Below, piece after piece: positions 1 through 8,562 of a stretch of 28,708 nt of DNA (position 1 is its first letter; every line of letters starts with the position of its first letter). Source of the stretch: Candidatus Woesearchaeota archaeon (lineage in GTDB: Archaea > Nanobdellota > Nanobdellia > Pacearchaeales > GW2011-AR1); assembly GCA_964551065.1 (NCBI GenBank), contig CAZKAU010000001.1, forward strand, positions 1 to 28,708, written 5' to 3'. A program made the position numbers and the translations under genes. A model generated the notes under the pieces. The model worked only from the letters and a program-made list of their open reading frames with translations, was not told where the DNA came from and made no database searches.

Positions 1-311
1 CTTTTGCTTTTTACCTTGTTAAGTTTCTCAACTAATCTCTCTGTGGGTAATCCATTATCATCCGTTCCAAAAGGGTAGAATACCGAAGCTCCTCTTGAAG
101 AGAGGAACATTCTTCTGAACCTTGCGAAGAAATCTTGTTGTGAATATGAGAAGGCGTGTCCTATGTGCATTCTTCCCGAAAGTGTTGGAGGAGGAGTATC
201 TATAGAATAATCTTCTTTGCTTTTATGATGGTATTTGTAAAGATTTTCTTCATTCCAGAATTTTTTCCATTTAGATTCTATCTCTTTAAAGCCAAATTTC
301 TGCTTTGCCAT
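1..311 (-). CDS. valS: Valyl-tRNA synthetase, archaeal type; N-terminal part only, runs off the left edge
   Basis: Not in the ORF track. Manual translation from ATG at 311: MAKQKFGFKEIESKWKKFW...YSIDTPPPTLSGRMHIGHAFSYSQQDFFARFRRM...FYPFGTDDNGLPTERLVEK. It has the DTPPP, HIGH and GTDDNGLPTE motifs of ValRS and no stop before the window edge. Confidence 0.95.
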   Translation of the reverse strand, partial: MAKQKFGFKEIESKWKKFWNEENLYKYHHKSKEDYSIDTPPPTLSGRMHIGHAFSYSQQDFFARFRRMFLSSRGASVFYPFGTDDNGLPTERLVEKLNKVKSK

Positions 312-332
312 AGTAATTCATACTAAAGAAAC

Positions 333-340
333 TTTTAAAA
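333..340. promoter_or_regulatory. Palindromic TATA box (TTTTAAAA), probably shared by divergent valS and secG
   Basis: 21 nt lie between it and the valS ATG and 22 nt between it and the secG ATG, the leaderless spacing seen throughout the window. An A-rich BRE-like AAAGAAA precedes it on the + strand. Confidence 0.65.
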
Positions 341-362
341 ATTATCTGTATCTAGGTTATTT

Positions 363-527
363 ATGGCACAAGACAGTTCGATCAATCTTCCGTCAGGATA
401 TGGCGGATTAGTAAGGTTCAAAGAAGAGTATGCTAGCTTGTTTAATCTGAAGCCAATGCATGTGGTTTTCTTTTTGATTATGCTTGTTGGATTGAGGGTA
501 GCTCTTGGTCTTATATTCAAGGCTTAA
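363..527 (+). CDS. secG: Preprotein translocase subunit Sec61beta/SecG, 54 aa
   Basis: Below the ORF-track cutoff. Manual translation MAQDSSINLPSGYGGLVRFKEEYASLFNLKPMHVVFFLIMLVGLRVALGLIFKA shows the Sec61beta 'GLvRf.EE.....l.P..V' signature followed by one TM helix. Confidence 0.9.
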   Translation: MAQDSSINLPSGYGGLVRFKEEYASLFNLKPMHVVFFLIMLVGLRVALGLIFKA

Positions 528-540
528 ACAATTTTAGAAA

Positions 541-879
541 ATGTTTCCAAATTTAGATCCTAAGAAAATGAATGCTTTAATGAAGCAGATGGGCATGGCT
601 CAGACAGAGATTGATGCTTCAAGAGTTATTATTGAGAAAAATGATGGTGGAAAGCTAGTTATCGATAATCCTTCTGTGGTGAAGATAAGAATGCAGGGAC
701 AAGAGTCTTTCCAGATTTCAGGACATGCGGAGGAAGTTGAAGGTTCTGGGTTTGAAAGTGGGATTTCTGAAGAAGATGTCAAGGCAGTTATGGAAAAAAC
801 AGGTGTTTCTGAAGAAAAAGCCAGAGAATCTTTGGAAAAAACAGGCGATTTGGCTGAAGCAATTTTGGAATTATCCTAA
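541..879 (+). CDS. nac: Nascent polypeptide-associated complex protein (archaeal NAC)
   Basis: DPKKMNALMKQMG..EIDASRVII..LVIDNPSV..GQESFQISG NAC domain, plus a C-terminal UBA-like domain (DVKAVMEKTGVSEEKARESLEKTGDLAEAI). Confidence 0.95.
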   Translation: MFPNLDPKKMNALMKQMGMAQTEIDASRVIIEKNDGGKLVIDNPSVVKIRMQGQESFQISGHAEEVEGSGFESGISEEDVKAVMEKTGVSEEKARESLEKTGDLAEAILELS

Positions 880-984
880 TACTTTATTTGTAATGTAATC
901 TTTGGATTTTATTATTATATAATGGTTATAATAGGAAAAATATAAAAAGACCGCTTTATTAATAACTCTTAGTTCTATTTAAAA

Positions 985-1428
985 ATGGAAGAGATAATTG
1001 AGGAAAAGATTAGGGCTGACCATCTCCTTTATGTGAGTTTGAAGTATACCAAGACGTGCGACGTAATTGTTAATCTGCTTCTTAGATGGAGAAGGATGAT
1101 TGAAGCGAGCATAGATGAGATTTTAAAACATAATCACTCGAAATCCAAAAAGAAAGGTGAAATTCCTGCGAGCCCTCTTGCAAAAGATGAAGAAGTTAGG
1201 AAACTTTTCAAAACAGACAAGAATTTTTTGGATGTTGTTGAACTTTATGAGATGCTCAGAAAAATTGAAGACCTTCGAAAAGAGAGAATCGGAGAGTTTA
1301 GAAAAAATGTTACCCTTAGGGTAATGTATAAGGGGGAAGAGATTAACATAAATCTTGATAAATTAAAAGAGTATGCTGCTATGTTGGAAAAATTTATAAG
1401 CACTACTAAACAATTTCTTTCTAAGTAA
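985..1428 (+). CDS. Hypothetical helical protein
   Basis: 147-aa ORF with a TTTATTAA TATA box 22 nt upstream. The ADHLLYVSLKYTKT segment looks conserved, but no function is recognised. Confidence 0.7.
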   Translation: MEEIIEEKIRADHLLYVSLKYTKTCDVIVNLLLRWRRMIEASIDEILKHNHSKSKKKGEIPASPLAKDEEVRKLFKTDKNFLDVVELYEMLRKIEDLRKERIGEFRKNVTLRVMYKGEEININLDKLKEYAAMLEKFISTTKQFLSK

Positions 1429-1469
1429 AATAATTTTACTGGTTAAATTTACGGCCTATAAAAGGTAAA

Positions 1470-2261
1470 ATGAAAAAGTTTATCGTTATAACCTCAGGGA
1501 AAGGGGGCGTTGGAAAAACAACAACTGCTATTAACCTTGGTGCTGCCATAAATCATTTTGGCGGAGATGTTTTGATAATTGATGCAAATCTTTCAACCCC
1601 TAATGTAGGAATTCATCTTAATTCTCCAGAAGTTCCCGTGAATCTTAATCATGTTCTTTTGAAGAAGGCTGACCCTTATGAAGCGGTTTATGAGCATGAG
1701 TCAGGAATGAAGATCATGCCGTCCTCTCTTTCAGTCAAAGAACTTAAGAAAATCAAGACTGACAAGATTCAAGCATTCAAAGAGGAGTTTAAGAAGATTG
1801 CAGATTATGTTATTGTTGACAGTTCGGCAGGGCTTGGTGATGAGGCACTTTCAGTTATTGAAATGGCTGATGAGTTGATTATTGTCACAAATCCCGAAAT
1901 TGCAGCTATCACTGATGCTCTAAAAACAATAAAACTTGCAGAGCATATGAAAATTCCTGTTCTCGGAGTTATTGTTACAAGGGTAAGAAAAGATATGATA
2001 GAAATGCAACCAGGAACAGTTAAGGAAATGTTGGAAGTTCCAATATTGGGAATGGTTCCAGAAGATTTAGTTGTAAAACAAGCACTGAACGAGAAAGATG
2101 CTGTTGTTCACACTCATCCTTGGAGTAAACCTGCAAGGGCTTACAAAGAAATCGGAGCAAGAATAATGGATGTTGATTATGATTCCAGAAGAGACAAGAG
2201 AAGCTTGCTTGATTTGCTTTTTACCAAAAGAAGAGAGTTGTATGAAAAGTACCGGAAATAA
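1470..2261 (+). CDS. minD: MinD/ParA-family ATPase (archaeal MinD-like)
   Basis: Deviant Walker A SGKGGVGKTT, plus IDANLSTPN, YVIVDSSAG and VTNPE..AITDA motifs. Confidence 0.92.
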   Translation: MKKFIVITSGKGGVGKTTTAINLGAAINHFGGDVLIIDANLSTPNVGIHLNSPEVPVNLNHVLLKKADPYEAVYEHESGMKIMPSSLSVKELKKIKTDKIQAFKEEFKKIADYVIVDSSAGLGDEALSVIEMADELIIVTNPEIAAITDALKTIKLAEHMKIPVLGVIVTRVRKDMIEMQPGTVKEMLEVPILGMVPEDLVVKQALNEKDAVVHTHPWSKPARAYKEIGARIMDVDYDSRRDKRSLLDLLFTKRRELYEKYRK

Positions 2262-2269
2262 TTTTTAAT

Positions 2270-2572
2270 ATGGATTCCGAGTTAAGTGATTTTATTGCAG
2301 ATACAAAAAAACATTATAACGAAGGAGTTAAGCCTCTCATTGAAGACGAATTTTATCAAGTTGCTGGTTTTGAACTTGCAAATATAAACTTTCTTTTAAG
2401 AGATCTTGCACCTAAACTCAGAAATTACCACTCAGGAGATCTTTTTATGGCTGCTTCAAGGATGTTGGAGAGAGATTTGAGGGAAGGAACGGATAAACCC
2501 TCTACGAGATTGTTTGAAGCTTATCTTTCTCAGGTTGGATTGGCTATAGAATCAGGAAATACTTTTAGCTAA
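2270..2572 (+). CDS. Hypothetical protein, 100 aa
   Basis: ATG 8 nt after the minD stop; its stop abuts the convergent tRNA-binding gene. No motif recognised. Confidence 0.6.
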   Translation: MDSELSDFIADTKKHYNEGVKPLIEDEFYQVAGFELANINFLLRDLAPKLRNYHSGDLFMAASRMLERDLREGTDKPSTRLFEAYLSQVGLAIESGNTFS

Positions 2573-2935
2573 TTACCCAATTCTGCTTCCTAATTCAATA
2601 TCTTCATCAGGTTGAAGCAAGGAGACTTTACTGTGGTCTTCGGTTGAAGCTGCGAGAAGCATTCCCTGACTCTCAATTCCCTTAAGCATTCTGGGTTTTA
2701 GATTTGAGAAATAAATTATTTTTCTTCCTTCTAATTTTTCTTTTGAATAGAATTCCTTAAGTCCTGCACAGATTGTTCTCTTTCCAATTTCAGGACCAAC
2801 ATCTAAATTTAATTTGTAAAGTTTGTCTGCGTTTGGAATGTCTTCGACTTTTTCAATCTTAGCTACTCTTATGTCGAGTTTCATCCATTCATCAAAATTT
2901 ACGTGTGCTATATTTTCGGGTGTTTCTTTTTCCAT
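2573..2935 (-). CDS. Stand-alone tRNA-binding OB-fold protein (MetRS C-terminal / Trbp111 / CsaA family)
   Basis: F..LDIRVAKI..VEDIPNADKLYKL.LD.G...RTICAGL...NLKPR..KGIESQGMLLAA is the classic tRNA_bind signature. It starts 5 nt after the metG stop. Confidence 0.92.
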   Translation of the reverse strand: MEKETPENIAHVNFDEWMKLDIRVAKIEKVEDIPNADKLYKLNLDVGPEIGKRTICAGLKEFYSKEKLEGRKIIYFSNLKPRMLKGIESQGMLLAASTEDHSKVSLLQPDEDIELGSRIG

Positions 2936-2940
2936 TTTGT

Positions 2941-4392
2941 TTAATTTTTTTCCTCAATCTTTTCAAATAAAATCTTACCTTTTTTAATTTTGTCTTTTCC
3001 AGCTTTTAAGGGAGTTTCAATATCCTTTAGATTTTTTATTTCAAATCCAAATTGATTTGCAATTTCTTCTGATGTTTTTGGAATGAAAGGCCAAAGTATA
3101 ATTGCACTTGCTTTTATTGAATCTGCAAGTTCATATAAAACTTCTGAATCATGTGTTTCCCAAGGTTTCTTGCTTTGCACATATTCATTACACTTATCTA
3201 TGAAAGCGAAAATTTCATTCAACGCTTTGTCAAATTCAAATTTTTTCATTTTGGATTTTACTGAAGAAACTTTCAGTTTTTTGATTAGTTTGTTTTCAGT
3301 TTTCTTTATTCCGTATTTTTCTGCAAGTCCTGCAACACGCCTTGCAAGATTTCCGAGTTTGTCCGCAAGTTCATTGTTGTGTCTTGCGATTAAATCTTTT
3401 TCAGAGAAATCTCCATCTTCTCCTTCGGCAAAAGGGAATTGCCTGCAAACAAAATATCTAATAGCATCTGCGCCGTATTTTTCAACAAGAACTTTTGGAG
3501 AGATTACATTTCCAAGAGACTTTGAAATTTTCTGTCCGTTGAAAGTTAGGAATCCGTGAACAAAAACTGTTTTCGGAAGTTTGTATCCTGCTGATTTTAG
3601 AAATGCGGGCCAGTAAACTGTGTGAAACCATGAATTGTCTTTTCCTAAAAGATGAACTGATGCAGGCCAGTATTCATGGTCTTTTCCAGAACCAGTTAGG
3701 TAATTGAAGAGAGCATCGAACCAAACATAAGTTATGTGTTTTTTGTCAAGAGGGAAAGGTATTCCCCAGTCAAAGCTTGTTCTTGAAATACTCAAATCTT
3801 TTAGACCCTCTTTTACACGATTTCTTATTTCGTTCCTTCTTGCTTCTGGGAGGATAAATTCAGGATGTTTTTCATATAATTCCAAAAGGAATTTTTCGTA
3901 TTTACTCAATCTGAAAAAATAGCTTGGCTCTTTAAGAATTTCAACAGGTCTTTTATGAATTGGACACTCGCCATTTACAAGGTCTTTTTCTGTGTAGTAA
4001 GCTTCACAGCCAGTGCAATAAAATCCTTCATATTCTCCAAGATAGATGTCTCCATTTTTATCACATTTCTTTATTGCCTCTTGAACGAGTTTTTCGTGGT
4101 CCTTGTCTGTTGTTCTTATGAATCGGTCAGGCTCTATATTCAAGGATTTCCAAGCTTCTTGAAATTTCTTTGCAAGTTCATCGACAAATTCTCTTGGATT
4201 TTTTCCGACTTTCTCTGCAGTTTCCTGTATTTTTTTTCCATGCTCGTCAACACCTGTAAGGAATCTAACATCATCTCCGATAAGCTTATGCCATCGGGAT
4301 ATGACATCTGCAACTATCTTTTGATATGCATGACCTATATGAGGCTCTGCATTTGGATAGTCTATTGCTGTTGTAACATAAAATTTTACCAT
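2941..4392 (-). CDS. metG: Methionyl-tRNA synthetase catalytic subunit; short bacterial-like single-knuckle type without the C-terminal tRNA-binding domain
   Basis: FYVTTAIDYPNAEPHIGH, LTGVDEHG.KI, CTGC...CPIH knuckle, LSISR, YVWFDAL and KISKS (KMSKS equivalent). Confidence 0.96.
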   Translation of the reverse strand: MVKFYVTTAIDYPNAEPHIGHAYQKIVADVISRWHKLIGDDVRFLTGVDEHGKKIQETAEKVGKNPREFVDELAKKFQEAWKSLNIEPDRFIRTTDKDHEKLVQEAIKKCDKNGDIYLGEYEGFYCTGCEAYYTEKDLVNGECPIHKRPVEILKEPSYFFRLSKYEKFLLELYEKHPEFILPEARRNEIRNRVKEGLKDLSISRTSFDWGIPFPLDKKHITYVWFDALFNYLTGSGKDHEYWPASVHLLGKDNSWFHTVYWPAFLKSAGYKLPKTVFVHGFLTFNGQKISKSLGNVISPKVLVEKYGADAIRYFVCRQFPFAEGEDGDFSEKDLIARHNNELADKLGNLARRVAGLAEKYGIKKTENKLIKKLKVSSVKSKMKKFEFDKALNEIFAFIDKCNEYVQSKKPWETHDSEVLYELADSIKASAIILWPFIPKTSEEIANQFGFEIKNLKDIETPLKAGKDKIKKGKILFEKIEEKN

Positions 4393-4410
4393 TCTAGTTC
4401 ATAGATTGAA

Positions 4411-4459
4411 CGTATAAAAATCTAACGAAGTAGATGGTTTTTAGAAATGTTTTTATACG
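4411..4459. promoter_or_regulatory. Divergent promoter pair forming a perfect 10-bp inverted repeat (CGTATAAAAA ... TTTTTATACG)
   Basis: Each half contains TTTTTATA about 21 nt from its downstream ATG (4392 on the - strand, 4479 on the + strand). Confidence 0.6.
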
Positions 4460-4478
4460 ATAAAAGATTTTTCTTTAT

Positions 4479-4820
4479 ATGCAGCTTAACATAACTCTTC
4501 TTAGCATTGTTCTGGTAATAATTGCTATCTGGGTTCTTTTGGAAACTAAGAGGTTTAAACACAAAATGGTGGCTATTTTCATAATAATCGTTATTCTGTT
4601 TACTTATTTTAGCTTTAGCGTTGCATTAAGCGGAAAGAAGTTGGATTTATCCACTGTTGACGGAATAAGTCAGGCAGGTGCTGTTTATTTTTCCTGGTTG
4701 GGTTCTGTATTTACTAATGTTAAGACAATTACAGCTAATGCTGTGAAAATGAACTGGGGTGTTGTAAATGAGAACACCACTTTCAATGAGACCCTTTATC
4801 CCACAAATTCTTCTGGCTAG
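4479..4820 (+). CDS. Hypothetical membrane protein with two N-terminal hydrophobic helices
   Basis: 113-aa ORF with two TM-like segments and a leaderless TATA spacing. Confidence 0.75.
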   Translation: MQLNITLLSIVLVIIAIWVLLETKRFKHKMVAIFIIIVILFTYFSFSVALSGKKLDLSTVDGISQAGAVYFSWLGSVFTNVKTITANAVKMNWGVVNENTTFNETLYPTNSSG

Positions 4821-4887
4821 GAAATAGATACTGTGAAATATGTTTTCTATTAGCAAAATTTAAAAAGTGTTTTTCCTTCAGTATTCC

Positions 4888-5274
4888 ATGGCTGAAAAGA
4901 GAGGGAGAAAGAAAACTTCTGCTAAGTCTGCTCCTAAAAGAAAATCAACTTCGAAGAAATCTTCTAAACCTACTGTTAAGCGAGCGAGCTCGAGACCTGT
5001 GAGGGCTACAGCATCCAAGGCCAGAGCTCAGAGAAAGGCTCCTGCGAAGAAGGAGCAGATTAATCCTACAAAGACAAATCTTAGAATTGTTGTGAATAAT
5101 TTTATACTCTTCTTTATTATGTTCCTTTTGTCTTTGGTGTTCACTCAGGTATTTTCAAACTTGTTTGTAGTTAACTTATTTTCAGTTTTGGCTATAATCT
5201 TTGCTTTCATAAGTGTAGCCTTTTTGGTAGCCTTGTTGGTTTTTGTTTTCCTCAAGCTTTTTAGAGAAAGATAA
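4888..5274 (+). CDS. Membrane protein with a Lys/Arg/Ser-rich basic N-terminus and two C-terminal TM helices
   Basis: ATG at 4888 is preferred over the track start at 4867. AEKRGRKKTSAKSAPKRKSTSKKSSK... is followed by two hydrophobic stretches. Confidence 0.75.
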   Translation: MAEKRGRKKTSAKSAPKRKSTSKKSSKPTVKRASSRPVRATASKARAQRKAPAKKEQINPTKTNLRIVVNNFILFFIMFLLSLVFTQVFSNLFVVNLFSVLAIIFAFISVAFLVALLVFVFLKLFRER

Positions 5275-5325
5275 GTATACTTTTGATTCCTTAAATTTAT
5301 TAACTATAAGTGATATTTTTATTTT

Positions 5326-8166
5326 ATGAAAAAAGGAGTTTTGTTTTCGGTAGTCTTTGTTCTTATTCTTGCTTCAATCTTTTCCGTGTTTCAGATTACA
5401 GGTTATGTTACTGTTTCTGTAAGTTCTCTAAATGGTTCCGTTCAGAAAATTTCTGATTCTGTTTACACTAATATTCAGGCTAACGGAAGTACAGATGTTT
5501 TGATTAAGGTTTCTCCCGGAAAGAAGAAAGTTAGAGTGGGATTTCTTACATTTAGCTCAGGATATTTCAATAAGACTGAAGCCGAAAACGAGGTTAAGGC
5601 AGATGTCAAGGGCAAGGTTTCTTATTCAAAAGATGGACTTATTTATGCTAGAATTAATTCCTCCGATCTTGCAAAAATAGAAAATAGCAATAATGTAGGA
5701 TCTGTAACTCCTGAAAGAGTTTTCCATGTAGATTCCCAGGACCCTACTTCTCAGATTAATGTTACTGCTGTTCAAAGTATAATTTATGATGGAGAAAATC
5801 TTACCGGAACGGGGCAGACTGTTTGTGTTATAGATACGGGGATTGATTACAATAATGCTAATTTCGGAAGCTGTTATGGGGACAATAATGTTTCCTCTGG
5901 ATGTAAGATTATAGGAGGATACAATTTCATAAACAATAGCCCTTACCCTCTAGATGATAATGGGCATGGAACCCATGTTGCAGGAATAATTGCCGCTTCA
6001 GGTTCTTTGACAGGAGTTGCACCTGGTGTTAAGATTGTTTCAATAAAAGTTTGTGATTCTTCCGGGTCTTGCAGTGAATCAAATATTCAAAAGGGAATTG
6101 ATTGGTGCGTTAATAATGCAAGCAAATTCAACATAACTGTTATTAGTATGAGTCTTGGAACTCCTCAGCTTTATTCGGGCTATTGCAATTCTGACCCCTT
6201 AGCCCCTTCTATTAATTCGGCTGTTGCAGAAAATATCTCTTTTGTTGTGGCTTCAGGAAATGATGGAAATACCACCGCTATGTCCTCACCAGCATGTGTT
6301 CAGAATGCGACTTCGGTTGGAGATACTTACGTTCAAGATTATTCAGGAACTTTCTCCTGGGGGAGTCCTGTTGTTTGTTCAGATACAAATCCTGTTCAAA
6401 ATCAAATAGTTTGTCACAGTAATAGAGATTCAGCATTAGACCTTCTCGCTCCCGGAGCGTTGATAAATTCAACCTGGTTAAATAGCGGATATCAACTTGA
6501 AGGCGGGACTTCAATGGCTGCGCCTCATGTTTCAGGGGCTATTGCTATACTTAAACAGTATTATGCCCTGAACAATAAAATTCTCAATTCTAGTCAAGCA
6601 GAGCAAGCATTAAATTATACGGGCACTCCGACTTATGATTCTTTGAGTGGGTTGACTTTTCCAAGGATTAATGTTTATTCTGCCTTATTTTATCTGGATA
6701 AAGATTCCCCGGTTGTTAGTTTAGATTTTCCTCTGAATAATTCGATTATTCCTGAATCAAATCAAACTTTTGAGTGTAATTCTACGGACCTTCTTTTGAA
6801 TAATGTAACTTTGAAAATTTGGAATTCAACGGGCGTTTATTATAATGCTTCTGAAAATTCCGGTGGTCAGAGTAATTCAAGTTCGTTTAATGTGAGTATG
6901 GTTTATGGAAAATATTTCTGGAATTGTTTCTATGGAGATTCTCAGAATAATACTGGATTTTCATACAGTAATTATACCTTGATGGTTTCGCCCGGAGTGA
7001 TATACTTAAGTCCAGAGAATAACACATACTCTAATCAAAACGAGACTTTCTTGTGCAATTCGACATATTTCGCTTCAGGTGTAAATCTTTCCAATGTTAC
7101 TTTTGATATTTTCAATTCAAGCGCTCTTTTGCATAATGAGACTGTAAATGTTTCAGGTTCTTCAAATTTGACTTCTTTCAATTATAATTTTACAAAAGAA
7201 GGAAATTATATTTGGAGATGCTATTTTTATTCCAATGACAGTAATATCACTTTTTCAGATAATTATACTTTTATTTACGATTTAACTTCTCCAAGAGTTA
7301 ATCTTTCTCTTCCTGTGAATAACACTGTTTTGGATGGAGGTACGCAGGCAGTTTCTTTTGCTTACAATTCAACAGACAATTATGCCTTGCAAAAATGCAG
7401 TTTAGAACTTAATGGCCAGAATGTTTCTTTGGACTCTAATTTAACTTCAGGAGAGAATAATTTTAGTTATTCTGTTTCTCCTGGAACTTACTTGTGGAAT
7501 GTTAACTGTAGTGATTTTGCGGGAAATTTTAACTCCAGCCAATCAAGGGTGCTTACCGTGAATGAGGTCCAATCTTCTCCCTCTTCATCGTCTCCTTCTT
7601 CGCCTTCTGTTCCAGTAACGAGTCCAGGAGTTTCTTCTTATGTTCAAGATAATATCTCTCAGGGTTATTCTGTAGTGCTAGTTCCCGGAGCTGAGAAGTC
7701 ATTTGTTTTATCCGGAGAAAATCATATTTTATCTGTAAATAGTATTTCGGGACCAAGCGCAAATATCACTGTGAGGAGCGATCCGATCCATTTTGTTCTT
7801 TATGTGGGTCAGGATAAATATCTTAATTTATCTTCTCCAGACTATTATGATTTATATGTGAAGCTCAACGCAATAAGCAATGGGGTTGCAAATATTACTA
7901 TAAAAGAGCTTACATCAAACAACAGGATTTTTCATACCCTTGCTTTACCGGTTTCAAATAATACTATAGATACTAAAAATAATGGATTAAATTCAGGTCA
8001 AATATATTTGTTATTTGGAATTCTTGCTGTTATCCTTGTAATTGCAATAATCATTGTTAGTTTAGGAAGTAAGGGTAAAAAGAAAAATAAGAGAAAATCC
8101 ACCAGAACCAAGAAAAGAAAGGTAAGAAAAAATTCTTCTAAGAAGAGAACTAAGAGGAGAAAATAA
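5326..8166 (+). CDS. Membrane-anchored subtilisin-family (S8) serine protease with Ig-like repeats
   Basis: Catalytic triad motifs VIDTG, HGTHVAG and GTSMAAPHV, with oxyanion-hole ASGN. It also has a signal/anchor, three repeats starting SP.V....P.NN[ST], a Ser/Pro linker, many N-x-S/T sequons, a C-terminal TM helix and a polybasic tail. Confidence 0.93.
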   Translation: MKKGVLFSVVFVLILASIFSVFQITGYVTVSVSSLNGSVQKISDSVYTNIQANGSTDVLIKVSPGKKKVRVGFLTFSSGYFNKTEAENEVKADVKGKVSYSKDGLIYARINSSDLAKIENSNNVGSVTPERVFHVDSQDPTSQINVTAVQSIIYDGENLTGTGQTVCVIDTGIDYNNANFGSCYGDNNVSSGCKIIGGYNFINNSPYPLDDNGHGTHVAGIIAASGSLTGVAPGVKIVSIKVCDSSGSCSESNIQKGIDWCVNNASKFNITVISMSLGTPQLYSGYCNSDPLAPSINSAVAENISFVVASGNDGNTTAMSSPACVQNATSVGDTYVQDYSGTFSWGSPVVCSDTNPVQNQIVCHSNRDSALDLLAPGALINSTWLNSGYQLEGGTSMAAPHVSGAIAILKQYYALNNKILNSSQAEQALNYTGTPTYDSLSGLTFPRINVYSALFYLDKDSPVVSLDFPLNNSIIPESNQTFECNSTDLLLNNVTLKIWNSTGVYYNASENSGGQSNSSSFNVSMVYGKYFWNCFYGDSQNNTGFSYSNYTLMVSPGVIYLSPENNTYSNQNETFLCNSTYFASGVNLSNVTFDIFNSSALLHNETVNVSGSSNLTSFNYNFTKEGNYIWRCYFYSNDSNITFSDNYTFIYDLTSPRVNLSLPVNNTVLDGGTQAVSFAYNSTDNYALQKCSLELNGQNVSLDSNLTSGENNFSYSVSPGTYLWNVNCSDFAGNFNSSQSRVLTVNEVQSSPSSSSPSSPSVPVTSPGVSSYVQDNISQGYSVVLVPGAEKSFVLSGENHILSVNSISGPSANITVRSDPIHFVLYVGQDKYLNLSSPDYYDLYVKLNAISNGVANITIKELTSNNRIFHTLALPVSNNTIDTKNNGLNSGQIYLLFGILAVILVIAIIIVSLGSKGKKKNKRKSTRTKKRKVRKNSSKKRTKRRK

Positions 8167-8176
8167 AATCTAGTAC

Positions 8177-8293
8177 TTATTCTCTTCCGTTTGGCTTTTC
8201 AAGATCAAAGTCTTCATTTAAGCTAATAAGCTCTAAGATTAGTTCGTCAACCTTTGGTTCTTCTTTTTTCATTTTTGTTGATTGATTTTCCAT
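8177..8293 (-). CDS. Putative 38-aa small acidic protein
   Basis: Manual translation MENQSTKMKKEEPKVDELILELISLNEDFDLEKPNGRE. A TTTATAAG TATA box lies 20 nt upstream (8314-8321). Confidence 0.45.
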   Translation of the reverse strand: MENQSTKMKKEEPKVDELILELISLNEDFDLEKPNGRE

Positions 8294-8398
8294 ATAATTA
8301 TATGTTTTTTACACTTATAAATTCTTCTATTTGTTATTACTAATGTATAATAACATTAAGTTTCTTTATACTCAGTATTTTGTTTTAGAAAGAAAATA

Positions 8399-8471
8399 AG
8401 CCTCAGCTGAGGATTGAACTCAGGACCTCTACCTTACCAAGGTAACGCTCTACCGACTGAGCTACTGAGGC
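8399..8471 (-). tRNA. trnT: tRNA-Thr (anticodon GGU); no intron, CCA not encoded
   Basis: Reverse strand GCCTCAG TA GCTC AGTCGGTA GAGC G TTACC TT GGT AA GGTAG AGGTC CTGAG TTCAATC CTCAG CTGAGGC T. All four stems pair, and the U73 discriminator is typical of archaeal tRNA-Thr. Confidence 0.97.
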
Positions 8472-8482
8472 GTTGTCTTTGT

Positions 8483-8562
8483 GCCGAGAGTAGCAAATGA
8501 ACTCACCCTTTAAAACTTAGGGGTTAGTGTAAGGGGATGTGCCCCTCATGAGCTACTGAAGC
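8483..8562 (-). other. 80-nt structured element resembling tRNA-Thr (pseudo-tRNA, leader RNA or miniature insertion)
   Basis: Its first 14 nt match tRNA-Thr at 13/14 positions, and its 3' end repeats TGAGTTCA-N12-GGC. It contains two internal hairpins and an AGTAGC/GCTACT closing stem. Confidence 0.5.

Noticed and set aside
335-520. 61-aa minus-strand ORF in the track
   Set aside because: It is the antisense shadow of the real Sec61beta gene at 363-527 on the + strand.
8488-8556. Plus-strand K-turn or C/D-box RNA reading of the tRNA-like element (AGTAGC-AAAT-GA ... GA-GCTACT)
   Set aside because: The bulge is 4 nt, the non-canonical stem does not extend, there is no proper C box, and no + strand promoter is seen.
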